Below are positions 27,701-41,000 of a stretch of DNA of 64,000 bases, one piece after another (the first letter of the stretch is position 1; every line of letters begins with the position of its first letter). The DNA is taken from NCBI GenBank assembly GCA_050273025.1, contig CP158635.1:29078001-29142000 (forward strand), written 5' to 3'. The notes under the pieces were generated by a model that was not told where the DNA came from, ran no database searches, and saw nothing but the letters and a program-made list of their open reading frames with translations. A program made the translations under genes and the position numbers. The DNA is from Cenococcum geophilum (taxonomy: Eukaryota).

Positions 27701-30700
27701 TAAATAATAGCTAACATTTATTTATTATATACTTTATAGTTATACTTAACTGGGTCTATTATCTTTAAGAAAAAAGTAATAAGGTACCATTTACTATCTA
27801 GATATAACTATAATAGGATTCCCGCTACGACCCTATTAGAGGTATTTATTTCTAGTATTAATTTAAAGTCCGGGTTATAGTAATAAAGGATTAGGGAAGA
27901 GATAAGCCGATCCTCTATCTCTTTAAAGGCTTCTATATAGCTATTATTAAAAATAAAAGGCGTATCCTTCCTAGTTAGTTATATAAGAGATTTTACTATA
28001 ATTTTATAGTTATAAATAAACCGGTAGTAGAAATTACAAAAGCTAAGGAAGAATTAGATTTCTTTTACTATATAAAGGGGCTTTTAGTTATAGATTACCT
28101 TTACCTTCTTAGGGTTAACCTTAATTTCTTTTATAGTTATAATAAACCTAAGGTATTTTATACGTTTTATCCTAAACTTGTATTTCTTAATATTAACTTA
28201 TAAGCCCGCGTTCCGTAGTCTCTCTAGAACCTTCTTAATATAAACTTAATACTTAAGTTTATTGTCTAAATATATAAGAATGTTGTCTAGGTATACCGTA
28301 TAGAATTTGTTAAGGTAATTAAAAAAACGTTATTTATATACCTTTAGTACATAGCTAATCCGTTTATTAGTCTAAAAGGAAAAACTTTATATTTATAGAA
28401 ACTATAATAGGTATAGAATATTATTAAATCTTTAAATATAGGGTCTATCCTAATTTAGTAGAAAGCTTAGCGGATATTAAGTTTAGTAAAGATCTTTACC
28501 TAGCTTAAATATATAAGGGTTTTATTAATTAAGGGAATAGGATACCAGTCCTTTTAAATAATAGCGTTTAGCTTTTAATAGTTAATATAAAAATAAGGGC
28601 CTCTATTAGGCTTTTTTATAAATAAAATAGGGAAAGCAAAAGGGGCTTAACTTAGCTTAATAAACCCTTTATCTAAGTTATTAATTAAGTACTACTTTAT
28701 TACTTTTAGCTTATCTATTAATTAATAGTAAAGGGGGCTATAGCCTAGCGAGTTATTAGCTTTTAATTAAATCTTATAATTATATATCTAGTAAGGGGGT
28801 AACTTATCTAATACCGCTTTTAAAAATGTATCCTTATAATCTATATAAATAGTATAAAGGAGATATTTAACTAGTTCCTTATTGGTTTCCTTAGCTAGCC
28901 TTTCCTCTTTATTATTAATAATTTAGTTAATCTTATACAAGCTTATTATAAGAACTTTATTATCCTTCTAGTATATATTAAAGTGGAACACTATAGCGCT
29001 AATTACGGTAATATTTATAGTAGGGGGTTTATCTAATAATAGGGGCGTATATAACTTTAGGGACTTCTAGAGTACTAGCGTTATTATTACTCCTTTTAGC
29101 TCCTATTATATCTTTTAAAGGTTATCCCTTATATCCTACTAATACGTTCTTTTCTATACTGGTTAAATCTATACGATTTAGACGTCGTCTATATTACTAT
29201 CTATCCCGCTTTTATATATAGAGTCCTCTTTAAATATAGCGCTTTAGGAGAGTATTTTTATTAGTATAGAGTTCTTTCTAGCTTTGCGGCGGGCGTTTTT
29301 TTAGGTAAAGGCTAGGTTATAGGTCTAAACATCCTACTAGTAGGTAGGGTTAGCCCTTACGGCTAGTGTCTTATAGTTAGTTTGGATCTCCCTAATAAAG
29401 GAGGGTAACCTTAGTCTATCCTCCGGCTAGACAAACTATCTTTATTATATATTTAACTAAATATTAAAATAGGGCATTTATTTTCGTCTAAGGATTATAT
29501 TATAGGACCCTAGGTCCAGAATGCAAAAGGGGATACTATATTAGCGTTATTTGTTAAGAGTAATATATAACTTTAAGACGTGGGTAACAGGCTAACTGGC
29601 TTAGCTATTATAGCCTTTTACCTAGATAGGCTTCTCTAGCTAAATAGCTTCTATATTTAGAAACTTCGCAATATTATTTATATAGGTAGTATTTATAAAG
29701 GCAAAGCTATTTACTCTAGTATTAATAAGGGCGGTTATATTAACTCTATATCTATTTTAAGATACTATATATAGAACTATAAAATGCTTTCCACCTATTA
29801 ACTAACTAAGATTAATCTCTTTAAGATTAATAGGGTACCCTAGAGGGGAGTCTTTCCCTAGGGTTCTTCTTTTCCCGACTTATTAGATATTTCTCCTTCC
29901 TCTATCTCCTTAATATTACCTATATTCTTTAGCTCCGGGTAGGATAAAATAAAGCAACCCTCCTTATTGTAGTTATAGCACGTAGCTAAGGCAGGGTTAA
30001 TTAGAGTATTGCGGTAAATACTAGTTTATAGCGTAGTACGTAGCTAGTCGGGCGTTGCTCGCCGGTGTATAGTTATAACCGCTTTTAGTGTAAAAGTAGT
30101 TATAGCTTGTCTTCCTACTTTAGCTTCTATAGGTATAGCTAGCGAGTTCTGATCACTATGGAGTTGCTTCTACTAATTAGGACGGGCTTTAATCCGCTTT
30201 AGTTCTAAGTCTAATAATAGGTAACGAGCTGCAAGTCTATTGTAAGTTAGTAGGTTATTTAAGGTTACAGCGATCTTTGTTTATAGCTAAATTATTAGCT
30301 TATTATATAGGTCTAATCGGTAGTTCTTAAGGGGAACCTGGCCTTCTCCTATAAGGTGTAAAAATTAAGTCTAGAATTTAGTAAAGGGTTAGTTCAGTTT
30401 TATTATTAGGCAATTATAGTTATACTAGGCGTCCCGTACTTTATTTAGGTTAATATAGATAGCCGCTAGGTGCTGTATTATCTTATTAATAAATATAAAT
30501 TAGATAGGGGAGTCGTTCTTAAACTTGGCTTAAAGGTGCAGTTAGGCGTCCCTAGTGGTTTAACTAAAGAGGTAGAGCATTTTAGCTTCTTTAAAAAGGA
30601 AATAGTTATAGTTAACGCGAAGCTTTTCTTATACTTAAATCCTCTAATTCTTAAATATTGGGTCTATCCTGTTAGACAGTAGTGGGGGGTTAAAGAGCTT

Positions 30701-33700
30701 AACAGACTTTAATTACTTTGTTATTATATCCGTACTCCCTAGTATATTATATTTAGTAGAGTAAATAAGTTAGCTAGGGCTTTAAGAAGGGGAAGCTAGG
30801 CTATATTATAGGGCTGTAAGGCTTTCTAGGATCTCTTATAAGGTCTCTTATATATTTTTTACTTTAAGATAATTGGCTTCCTAGCTAGCTACAAGGGCGC
30901 GAATCTACTCGCGTACGTCTATAACGTTATTATTATCTTTAATTTCTAATCCTAATTAGATCTTAGGTTCCTTTTAAGTAAAGGCAGCTCTCTTAAATAA
31001 GCTTACTTTAGGTGCTATTATTAGCTTTCTAAGGTTCGTTAGTATTATACGCTTTAGTTTTAATTCTGGGGGTATAGGTCTGGTCCTATTTAGCTTATAA
31101 GGTAGGATATTATCTAGGCCTTCCTAGGTAATATAGAGTTGTTTTAGTGTCTAAATATGGCGCGTTAATGCGTTATTGCAGACGAAGTTTCTTTAGGGTA
31201 GGATATTATTAAGGCCTTCCTAGGCAAGGTAAGGTAAGCTTAGTATAATATTATGGCTTATATAAATGCCTCTAAACCAAAGCTTGTAGAATGCTATATT
31301 ACGAAGATACTAAGCTAAAGAGAAGGAAAAGGGGTCGTTAGGACTAATATAAACAAATATATAGGGTGAGCCGCTAAGGCGCTAGCTTTGGGCGGGCCAA
31401 TCGCAGGTCGGTAGAATATGGTAGAATTTAGCAGGTAATATGCGATAGCGCCGTTACAATATCTAGGTAGGGGCGTAGGGTATTATTTATATAATATTAA
31501 AACGAGCTTAGAGCGTTTATAAGGCTAAAGGGTGTTACTAAGTATTTAAATAGTCTATATTAGGTACAAAATGCAGTAAGCTATTTATCTTCTTTTATAA
31601 TACGGAGACAGTTAAATATAGAGATAATATTAAGCTTTATATAGTAACGAGCCTTACTTAGTCGGTTTAGCGTCTCTTATATTAACGGGATTAGATATTA
31701 GTTTTTAACGATAACAGTATTAAGAGCTTAGTAGTCTATATAAAAGCGTAAACCGCCGCCAGGTTTCTTAATAAAGATTACTAGTATAGCTATAGGTAAC
31801 GAGCTTGCTCTAATAAATCCTTTACTTAAGTTCTCGTCTAAATACTTTTATAGTACTTAGAGTTCATCTTAGGACATCCCGTATAGGGGTCTAAATCTAG
31901 GCTACTTTTCTTCTTTAAGTATAATCTTATAGTTATATAATCGGTATTCCGGTAGCTTATTAGCTTCCTTTTATAAGAATACCTCTAGACGGTTATAGTA
32001 CTCTGCTAGTACCTTTATAGCAGGGTTAGTATACTTCTTTAGTGCTAAGGCCTTCTTAATATTAGCTATAGTAATAGTAAAAATTATATATTTGGGTTTT
32101 TTAGCAAGTCGCGCTAGTAGGGTAGCTCTAATTATGCGGATACCTAGGGTGCCGAGCTCGCTTAGATTGTCTATAGTTCCTTATTTAGGTTTAGGTTCAG
32201 TATTAGGTATAGAGTTAGTATTAGATTTAGGTTCGGGTTCTTTAAGAATCCTTTTTATAGTAGAATACTAGTCCTTTTAATATTTTTGTGTATTATGCTT
32301 AAGCTTCTACTTAGCTTAGGGCGGTATAGTACTTAGTAATAACTTATAGAATTTAGTGGAGTTTTTAGATCCTTAGCGGATGTTAGTGGAATTCTTATAT
32401 TAGTAGAATTTAGTGGAATTCTTATGCTAGTGGAATCTAGTAGATTTCCTAGATTTTAGTTTAGGGTTAGGATAGTACATTATAAGGCACTTCTGCTTAT
32501 AATAAAAGGCGGTAAATAGAAGCTTAAGGTTATCCTAATTAATGGTTACTTTATATAGCCCTATCCAGGGTTGTTTAAGAATTACTAGGTAACCTAAAGT
32601 AGTAATAAAAAGCTTAATTAGTTCTTTGTAGTTTAGGTATTAGAGTCTTAGGTATACTATATAGGTAATTTAGCCTAAGACTATACATTTGCTATTAAAT
32701 CTAAATACGTTAATATATTAGTTAAGGGGGGTTAAGGTAAAACCATTATCTTACGCAAAGATCTTATTAATAAATCCTATACTACTAGCTTCTGTATTAA
32801 TTAGGACTTAAATATTAGCCTATTAATTATTTTACCAAAGATAATAGTTAACGGTTATACTATAATCCTAAGAGTTAGAGTTTATAACATCTAAAGCGTT
32901 TAATAAAATCCTAAGGCAGAGCCGTCCTAAAGAGCGACTTAACTCTAGGACGTGCCTTTTAGTAGTAAGCGGGAAGGGGTTCCTATAGAACGTTAGTTAT
33001 AGCTTTACCCTTATAAGTAGTACTTACTAAATATAGGGCTGGAACTAGGTAAAGATCGGGGGTAGTAACTAGAAGATTAATGCGGTAAACGGTTACTAGT
33101 GTTAGCCATTCCTAAATTGTTTTAAGGCGTAGGTAAGAAAACGAGATAATATTTTAAGACATAGTCCTTACTTCCGCACTTAAAGCAGAGGCCTAGCTTA
33201 ATGCGTCTTTCTTATTTAGGGGACCCTAGTAGGGCGTATTTTAGGATTTTAGTGTTAATATCCATAGCGTTAGGGTGCTTAGGCTAAGACGACTTAGTAA
33301 ATATTTATAGGGCTGTTATATTATATTAAGGAGCGTATTTCGGTATTAGGCGTAGTATATTATTATACTATTTATTAATAACGTTTATATAGGCGTTAAG
33401 GGCTCCTAGTAGGTCTACGCCTATTAGGGAGGTTTTTAGTTTAGGGCTTAAAGATTTAATAAGGCTGTTAATTAGTACGGAGTTATTCTAGCCTATTTCC
33501 CTTACGTAATGGTTAAATTTAGAGAAGTATACTAGGAAACTTTTCGTTTCTTAAGCTATGTAGTTTATCTTTCCCTAGGTAATAGCTTAGCGGTTTAGGT
33601 TACTATATAAGGCTTTAAGAAGTATAACTAGGCTTTATACTAAGGTTAGCTGCCTTTTCTCCTAGTTAACTTAGGGCGTAATAGAGTTAGTTAGCTTTAG

Positions 33701-34525
33701 TTAGGTAATGGTTAGCGTTACTAGTTAGCTTATTTTTAAGCTAGCTTAGGAATAATTAGAGTTCTCATTATTTACTAGTAAATACTAGGGGATCTAGTAG
33801 TTATTTAGATTGTTTTAGTGTAGTAGTTAGTTTAAGGTGGATAGCTACTATAGGTTCGGGGCTTACGTTCCGCGTATTTATCTCTAAAGATAGTATTTAG
33901 TCTTAAGGCCCTAACGTAGGCGTCTTAAGTATACGGATTTCTTCTTAGAGGTCCTTAATTAATCGCTAGTATTATACTTCTTATTCGGCTTATTATTAGT
34001 TTAAAGTGGCTTAGTTTTATATAAGGGCGTCTATAAAAGACTTCTATATTTCTACTAGTTATTCTTAAAGTGCGGATATAATACTAGCGGCCATTATAAA
34101 GGCTTTGGGGTTGTTGTGCATTTTAGAAGTAGTATATAAAGTTAATGCAATATAGTATTACGGAGTAAGAATAAGCGGCAATAATATATAGTAAGATAGA
34201 TATTATTAAGCTATATATATAAACTGTATAAGAAGTTAAGACGTTATATAAGGAAAGAAGGTAGGAAAACGGGGAGAAAGGGCATATATTGTTAACTCGG
34301 TTACTTAGTTAATATATATATAGGGCAGAATAGGGTTTAGGTTATAGTCCTAGCAGAACTTAGTAGAATTTAGTAAAACTTAGTAGAATATAGCAGAATG
34401 CTATAGATTGCCATTAGATTGCTATTAGATTGCCATTAGATTACTATTTTATGGTTAGTCTCTAATTGCTAAGTTGGTAAAAACAGGTAGATGTGTATAA
34501 GGTGTTACGGGGGTGTCCTATAATA
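24784..34525 (-). mobile_element. Ty3/Gypsy element Y (5' LTR ~34156-34525, gag, protease, RT, start of RNaseH), split by element Z and truncated by X
   Basis: Joining across element Z restores ~QHYINNTLRPYLDIFC.AYIDDILIYS (RT YxDD motif). LTR limits approximate; 3' half absent. Confidence 0.8.
25278..31458 (-). mobile_element. Full-length RIP-inactivated Ty3/Gypsy chromovirus (element Z)
   Basis: 210-bp LTRs at 25278-25487 and 31249-31458; TSD ATATC (25273-25277, 31459-31463); polypurine tract next to 25488. Chromodomain ~EWEVDEILA...YRVQWKGYDPDP.WYPA (~25920-26070), integrase, RNaseH, RT YLDD-like at ~28290. Confidence 0.92.
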
Positions 34526-37500
34526 GAAAGTTCCTATAATTGCCTACGCTCTAATTCTTTATACCTTATTTATTACGGCTATAGCGGAGCCCCTATAGGC
34601 ATATATCTAGATATTTAAGGTATAATCTACTACCAGCGCTACCGTTGCCCTAAATAGCTATTTTATAGTTAAAGGGGATACTATCTAAAGTCTCTTTAAT
34701 GCTATAACTGCAATAAGGCCCTTAGTGGCTGCTTTTATAATATATTACTTATACCAAAGCTCTATATCTATAACTACCCCTAAGATCTTAGCTATATGCC
34801 CTAGTATAACTATTTTTCCTTTAATTATAAATAGGGTAGTATTAGTCCGCTCCGCGTTTCTCGTAAAGTGCACTAATATAGTCTTTTTACCTTTAAACGT
34901 TACGCCGCTTTATTTCTCCCAGTTTATTTCTCTATTAATAATAGCCTAAATACCTTTACAGTTTGCTGCTACTAATAGTTCTATAACCTATATATTATAG
35001 TTATCTATAAACGCCATTAAGCCTCTATTTATATTAAGCCGGTACTAAACTAAGTTAGCATTAAAAAATAAAAACAGTATTAGTAAGAGCGGCAATCCCT
35101 ACAGTAGTCCTACTTATAATAGCTATTACTAGTTAGAGGTATAGCCATTAACTAAAATACTTGCCGTATAATTAAAGCAGAATATATTAATCTACCGCAC
35201 TAATACTAGTGGTATACCTCTTGCTATAAGCCTTTATAATAGCCTCTCTTTATATACTCTATTATATATACCTTTTACATTAAAGCTAATAAGGCTAAGC
35301 ACCTTCTTAGACTTTTACGCGTTATAAATATATTCTTATAGTAACAGTAGCACCTATTTAGTAGAGCGCCTCTTTCTTACCTTAAAGTAATTTATAGGTA
35401 GTAGTCCAAAGGTCTCTACTATGTATAATATTCTCTTAGCAACTATAAACTCTAGCACTTTACCTAATATAAAAAGTAGAGAAATAGGCCTCTATGCCCT
35501 TGCCTTTATATAATCTCCTTTATTTGGCTTCTTAAGCGGTATAATCTTAGTATTTCTCTATTAGTTAGAAAGGTCGCCCTTATTTAGTAAGGTCTAAAAG
35601 AGGAGTATAACCCTATCTTTTATTACCGGCTATATCTGCCTCTATACTATTACTAGTAGGCTATTATCCCTAGTGCTTTCTATAGCTTTACTATAAATTT
35701 TTTTATTCCACTTCTTCCATTATAAGACGCGGTATTTAGTGTTAGCGTTTATTAAGGCCGTAGCCCTTATTCTCTATTCCTATTAGCAGTAGGGGAAAAA
35801 AATATAGTTAACAGCTCCGCTGCTTACTTATCTTTTCCTTCTATAGTAGATCTATTTATCCTTACTAACGGTAGTATCTTATTAAATGCTGAGTTGCCAC
35901 TTAGGTTAAGGTATTTTGCTACTTACTAAATGTTTATATTATCGGCTAGAAAGTTGTTCCAGTATATCCTTTTCTATTTCCGTATTACATTATAGTATTC
36001 CTTTAAGGCCTCCTTTACTTATTACTCTAGTTTTAGTTATGTTTAGCCCGCTTAGCATTAGTTCTTTACCTAATTTCTTTAGTAAGTATATACCTAGCGG
36101 AGCTTTATAAGGTCTGTTGTTTACTACCTTTTTATATATAGTAAAGGTCTAGCTTTTAGAGTTAATACGTAAACTACCTCTAGCACTATATTTATAAGCT
36201 AGTCTGTTTACTACTATATTTTACTACCTACTAAGATAATATAAAGGGCAGTAACAATCCTATTTCTAATTTTATTCTATAGTACGTTCTTAAAGAGTAT
36301 TCTCTATTCTATAACGCGTTTAGGGACCGCAATATTAAATATTATCTTAATTGCCCTATAATTAGATTCGTGTTCTGTCCTATATACTAAGCACTTTACT
36401 ATTATAGATATTAGCTCGTCTAATACTAGGATTAGGTTAATCGTTATTTTATAGTTGCCGTTTTACTATATTTTTATACCCCTAGGTAGTAGGCTATATA
36501 GGGAGTAATCTCCTATAAAGTTAATAATTGGGTTGGCTTCTCCCTATCTTGCCAGTAAGACGTTATTTCCTCCCTATAGCTGGTTATGCCAATTAAAGTC
36601 TCCCGCAAATACTATATCGGTTTATATACCTATCTTATTCTATATTTCCTAGATTAGTTATTATAGTTTACTAGTTATATTCTATAGTACCTTTATATTC
36701 TTTCCCCTAATATATACTAACACTACTAGTACTAATTAGTCGGGAAGGTATAGTACTACCGCGGTAAGGTTTACCAATTATACTAGCACCTATTTAGCCT
36801 TAATATCTTTTTAAATCTATAGTATGCTCTATACTGCCGACCTCTCTTTATACTAAATTATAGGTATTAACTTAGTCTAATTTAAGTGTCCTATAGGGAC
36901 TGTTATAACTATATCGTCCGTTTTTTATACGTATAGCTCTAATATCACTAACACTCTAAAGTCTTTTAGTTGTTTATTATTTACTCTGCTTTTAGATATT
37001 TAGATAAAGTACCTAAAGTATCTTATATATAGTGGGTAGGATGAAGCACTTAATAATTTTTACTAAACGATTTATATAGTCCTCTATATGGTATATATTT
37101 TAGGATCTATTCTTAGCAATTATTATAATAATGTCCTTCTTAAGCGCATTTAGTATATACTTGCGGTCTTATATATATAAATACTTTATATCCTAGTATC
37201 TAACACTAATAGCATTATATTAGGCCGCTTTTAGATTTATAGGTTTTAATATAAGCTAATTCCCCTATAATATAAAAGTATTAGTCCTATAGTAACCGTA
37301 CTGCCTTACTACTTTTAGTAATATATACTACTATTAATTCATATACCTTTTCTATATCTTTTTTACTAAGCTATCCTATCTAGGCTATATATACATTACT
37401 CTCTTTTCCTAGTACCTCTACTACTTTATTTTAAATCTTTCCTTCCTAATTAAGAACTACTATTTAATTAGTATTATTAATTTTTACTATATAGAGCTAG

Positions 37501-38046
37501 TCTTATAATACCCTAATATTAACTACTAAGGTCTTCTAAGCCGCTTCTTTTATATATTAGAGCTTAGCTTTATTTTTATAAGTTATTCTAATATATATAG
37601 GGTTCCTAGGGTTTTTAATTACTACTATATAATACTAGCTCTTATAGCCTTCTATTATATATATACTATTTTTAATTACTTACCTAATTACCCCTAGTTA
37701 TACTTTGTTCTTATTTTTCTCTTTAATTCTAAATATATTAACTATACAGTATAGCGTATTAGTAATAGTTAATAGTATAATATTCCTTAAAGGGAAGGAC
37801 GTTAGGTTACTTAGTTAACTACTTAGCGGTATATAGGTAATATCCGCGTATAATAAAGCCGCGCTTAATAGTGCTTAAATATTAACTAATTAGGACTAGA
37901 TTACCTTTATCTTTTTTATAACCTCTACTTTAAGCGCGTTAATCTACTTTATAAAAAATTTTGTAATAACTTTAATTTAATTCGCTTATACCTCTTTTTA
38001 CTCCTTTAACGCCCCTAGTAATAATATAACTAGGTTAGTTAGCACC

Positions 38047-41000
38047 TATAAGGTGAGGATGTGGATAGGGAGTCCAATGATAGAACAATAGGTATATTAT
38101 ATAGACAGAGACGAATCCTTAAGGGAAAAGGAGGAGTCTGTGTGCAAGGTAGGAAGGGTTTTCCCTAGGCACGTGCTCTGCACGTGCCTTATAGGCAAGT
38201 CACCCCTAGGTTACCCTAGGGTCGCCTATACCTTGCGGCTATATAACTATCTACTTAGGTTTTACCTAATAATGCCCCCCCCTTTAAAAAGGGTCGTCCC
38301 CAATCCTTTATATACTTAAGCCTTAATAAAACCCTATTAAAAACCTTAGTAAGGAAAAAATTTAGAGGGGAAAGAGCGTCTTAATTTTGTGTATAGAGAG
38401 ACGGGTAGTATATATGCGCGGCGTAAAGATGTTAAGGAACTTCGACCGGCGGTTAAAGTTGTCTAATTAGCTAGATTTGCCTTGCTAAAACTCCCCCGCA
38501 TTTAACTGAGCTAGTAGTGATTTTATATGCCTGGTATAGAAAATCCTAATTAGTCCATTTAATAGGTAGAGCTAGTGGAGCTTAATACTATTGCCTAAAT
38601 TTAATAGACTAGAAATATTCTAAAGCTCGCTTATATAGGCAGGTTGCTAGTACCTTGTAGGTAGGTTATAAGTTATTTATATACAGCTAGATTTGTAAAC
38701 AGTAAGGTTATATATCTATTAAATCCGCCACTAACCCTACTTTGGCCTTACGCTATATTGGCGTAGCGCCGTATATACTTCGCGAGTAGGTTATAGGTTA
38801 TTTACATACAGCTAGATTAGGACGGTAAGGCTATATACCTATTAGACCCGCCGCTAACCCATGTTTTAGCCTTATACGTTATCTGCGTAGCATATACGTA
38901 GAATAGTATAAGTTGTTAGTATAGGTTATTACTAGCGGGTTACTAGTAGGTTGTAGACTTTGGTTAAATAGACCCTAGTTATAAATAGGCCTATTCTCTA
39001 ATATATAAATAATCTGCTTAGCTAGTATAGAGTGATGGACTAGGTTTAGGGAGGGTGCTTTCTAAATTAAGCTTCGTTGCTAGTATACGCTGTGGCCTTG
39101 CCTGCGAGTTATAGCAATTGTTACTTGTTCTTTAATCCCTTTAGACATCCTCTATTCCGCTTTAATATAGGTTATATTTTAATAGCAGCGCTTACTTTTC
39201 GCCTACGCTTCAGCTATAAGGCTAGGGTGTCCTACTTACGGTACTTATCTAGTAGTTATTAACAATTCTCGAGTTCTGTCTCGTATTTCCATTTATTATA
39301 CTTATTTAGCTATTTTAGCCATTTAATAAGGTACTGCAGTTGTCTAGCACGATCCTAGTGGGCGATAATTACTTCTACTTCCTAGCTACCTTTCTTAAGC
39401 TCTTTTACTGCTAGGGGTTAAAACCTAGGGCGTAATTTATAAGGCTCTAGTAGGGAGATATAGAAGACTAGGTGGAGCTATACCATAGTAGGTAGGAGCT
39501 CTAGCTTATATACTTGCTGCCCTACACGCTTTAGGATCTAAAATGGTCCTATAAACTTATAGTTAAGCTTTTTATAGGGACGTTTTATGTAGATGTTCTT
39601 AAAGAAGAGTAGGACTTGTTTACTAACGGCGAAGTGTTTGGCTAGGTGGTAACAATTATAGTATTTTGCTTAAAGCTTTTAGGCGTGTATTATTAACGCC
39701 GCTACTGCCTTATATATAAGGCGTAGGCGTTATAAATGCGTCTTTGCGAGTTGGATATTCGTTAACTCAGACCCCTCCCTACCTTATTAGGCGTCTTAGA
39801 CGCTATCTAGGACTCTATCTAGGATGTTTAGTAGCTGGCTATAGGTAAGCTTAATAAGGGAACGCTTTATTATGGTATAGACCTTAAAGTTATAGGTAAA
39901 GGCTATTTCTTTAAGTAGGGAGGCCTAATTAGACTGTTCCTAGTTTATAAATATATATAGGTATACCTTAAGCTCCTAATTCTAACGCTCTATCTAACTG
40001 TTTATCTACGGGTAGAATATAGTACTAAGTTTATATTAAACGCGGAGATAGTAGCACATAGTACTCTAGTACTCGCTTATAAATATACTACCCCTATTAA
40101 AGATAATATTATCTAGAGGCCCTATTTATATAAAGACTCTAAATAAGAGTTCTGCGAGTTATATAGCATTAATTATCTTACGCACTAGATAGTAGCGTAC
40201 TAGCTTTATAAAACGGTTTATAAGGATAAGGACAGAGTTATACTCTACGCTATTAGGAGTTTTAAACTCTAAGAAATCCGTAATAAAGTTAAGTAAATAA
40301 TGCTATTAGGCTTGGGTGGGGGCCTAGAGAGGCTGCAGCTCACTATAGGGTTTATAGCGGCGCGATTTAGAGCGTTGGCAGGCATTATAATTATTTAGGT
40401 ATTTACGGAGGTTTTAGGTAAGGCCGTTCCAAGCATACTTTATATAATTACCTTAAAGGTATAGTTAAAACCATAGTGGCCGCCTATAGGATTATTATAA
40501 TTTCGCTTAAGGATCTTCTATTACAGTAGTGTGCAATTCGGCACCTAGACCTTATTATTTTACCTTAAGAGTCCTTAATTATTAAGGGTATAGTCTTTAT
40601 AATTAGTAGGAACTTATTTTTAGGTTAACTAATTATATATAGAGCGTATAAAGGCGTCCCTTTTTTATACTCTATAAATAAAATTAACTAGTAACTTAGG
40701 GGGGTATTTTATAAACGCCGTTTTGGCTAAGGTAGTTACTACTACCTTTTACTATAGTATAAGACTTTACGCAAAGTTGGTGCTAGCGAAGTAATATATA
40801 ATATATAGGTAACTCGCTAGGTTATTGCGGGGGACTGTAGCCTAGGCTAAGGGGTCTTCCCTAGGGTTAAGCGCCATTAGGCCGGTTAAGGTAGTCTTAA
40901 AGAGAATGGCAGGACGCTTTGGTCTGCCGGCGCTAAGTTTACAAGGGTTGCTTATATGCTGCACGCATGCTACTCGCTAGTTTAGTATAGTAGCACTAGG

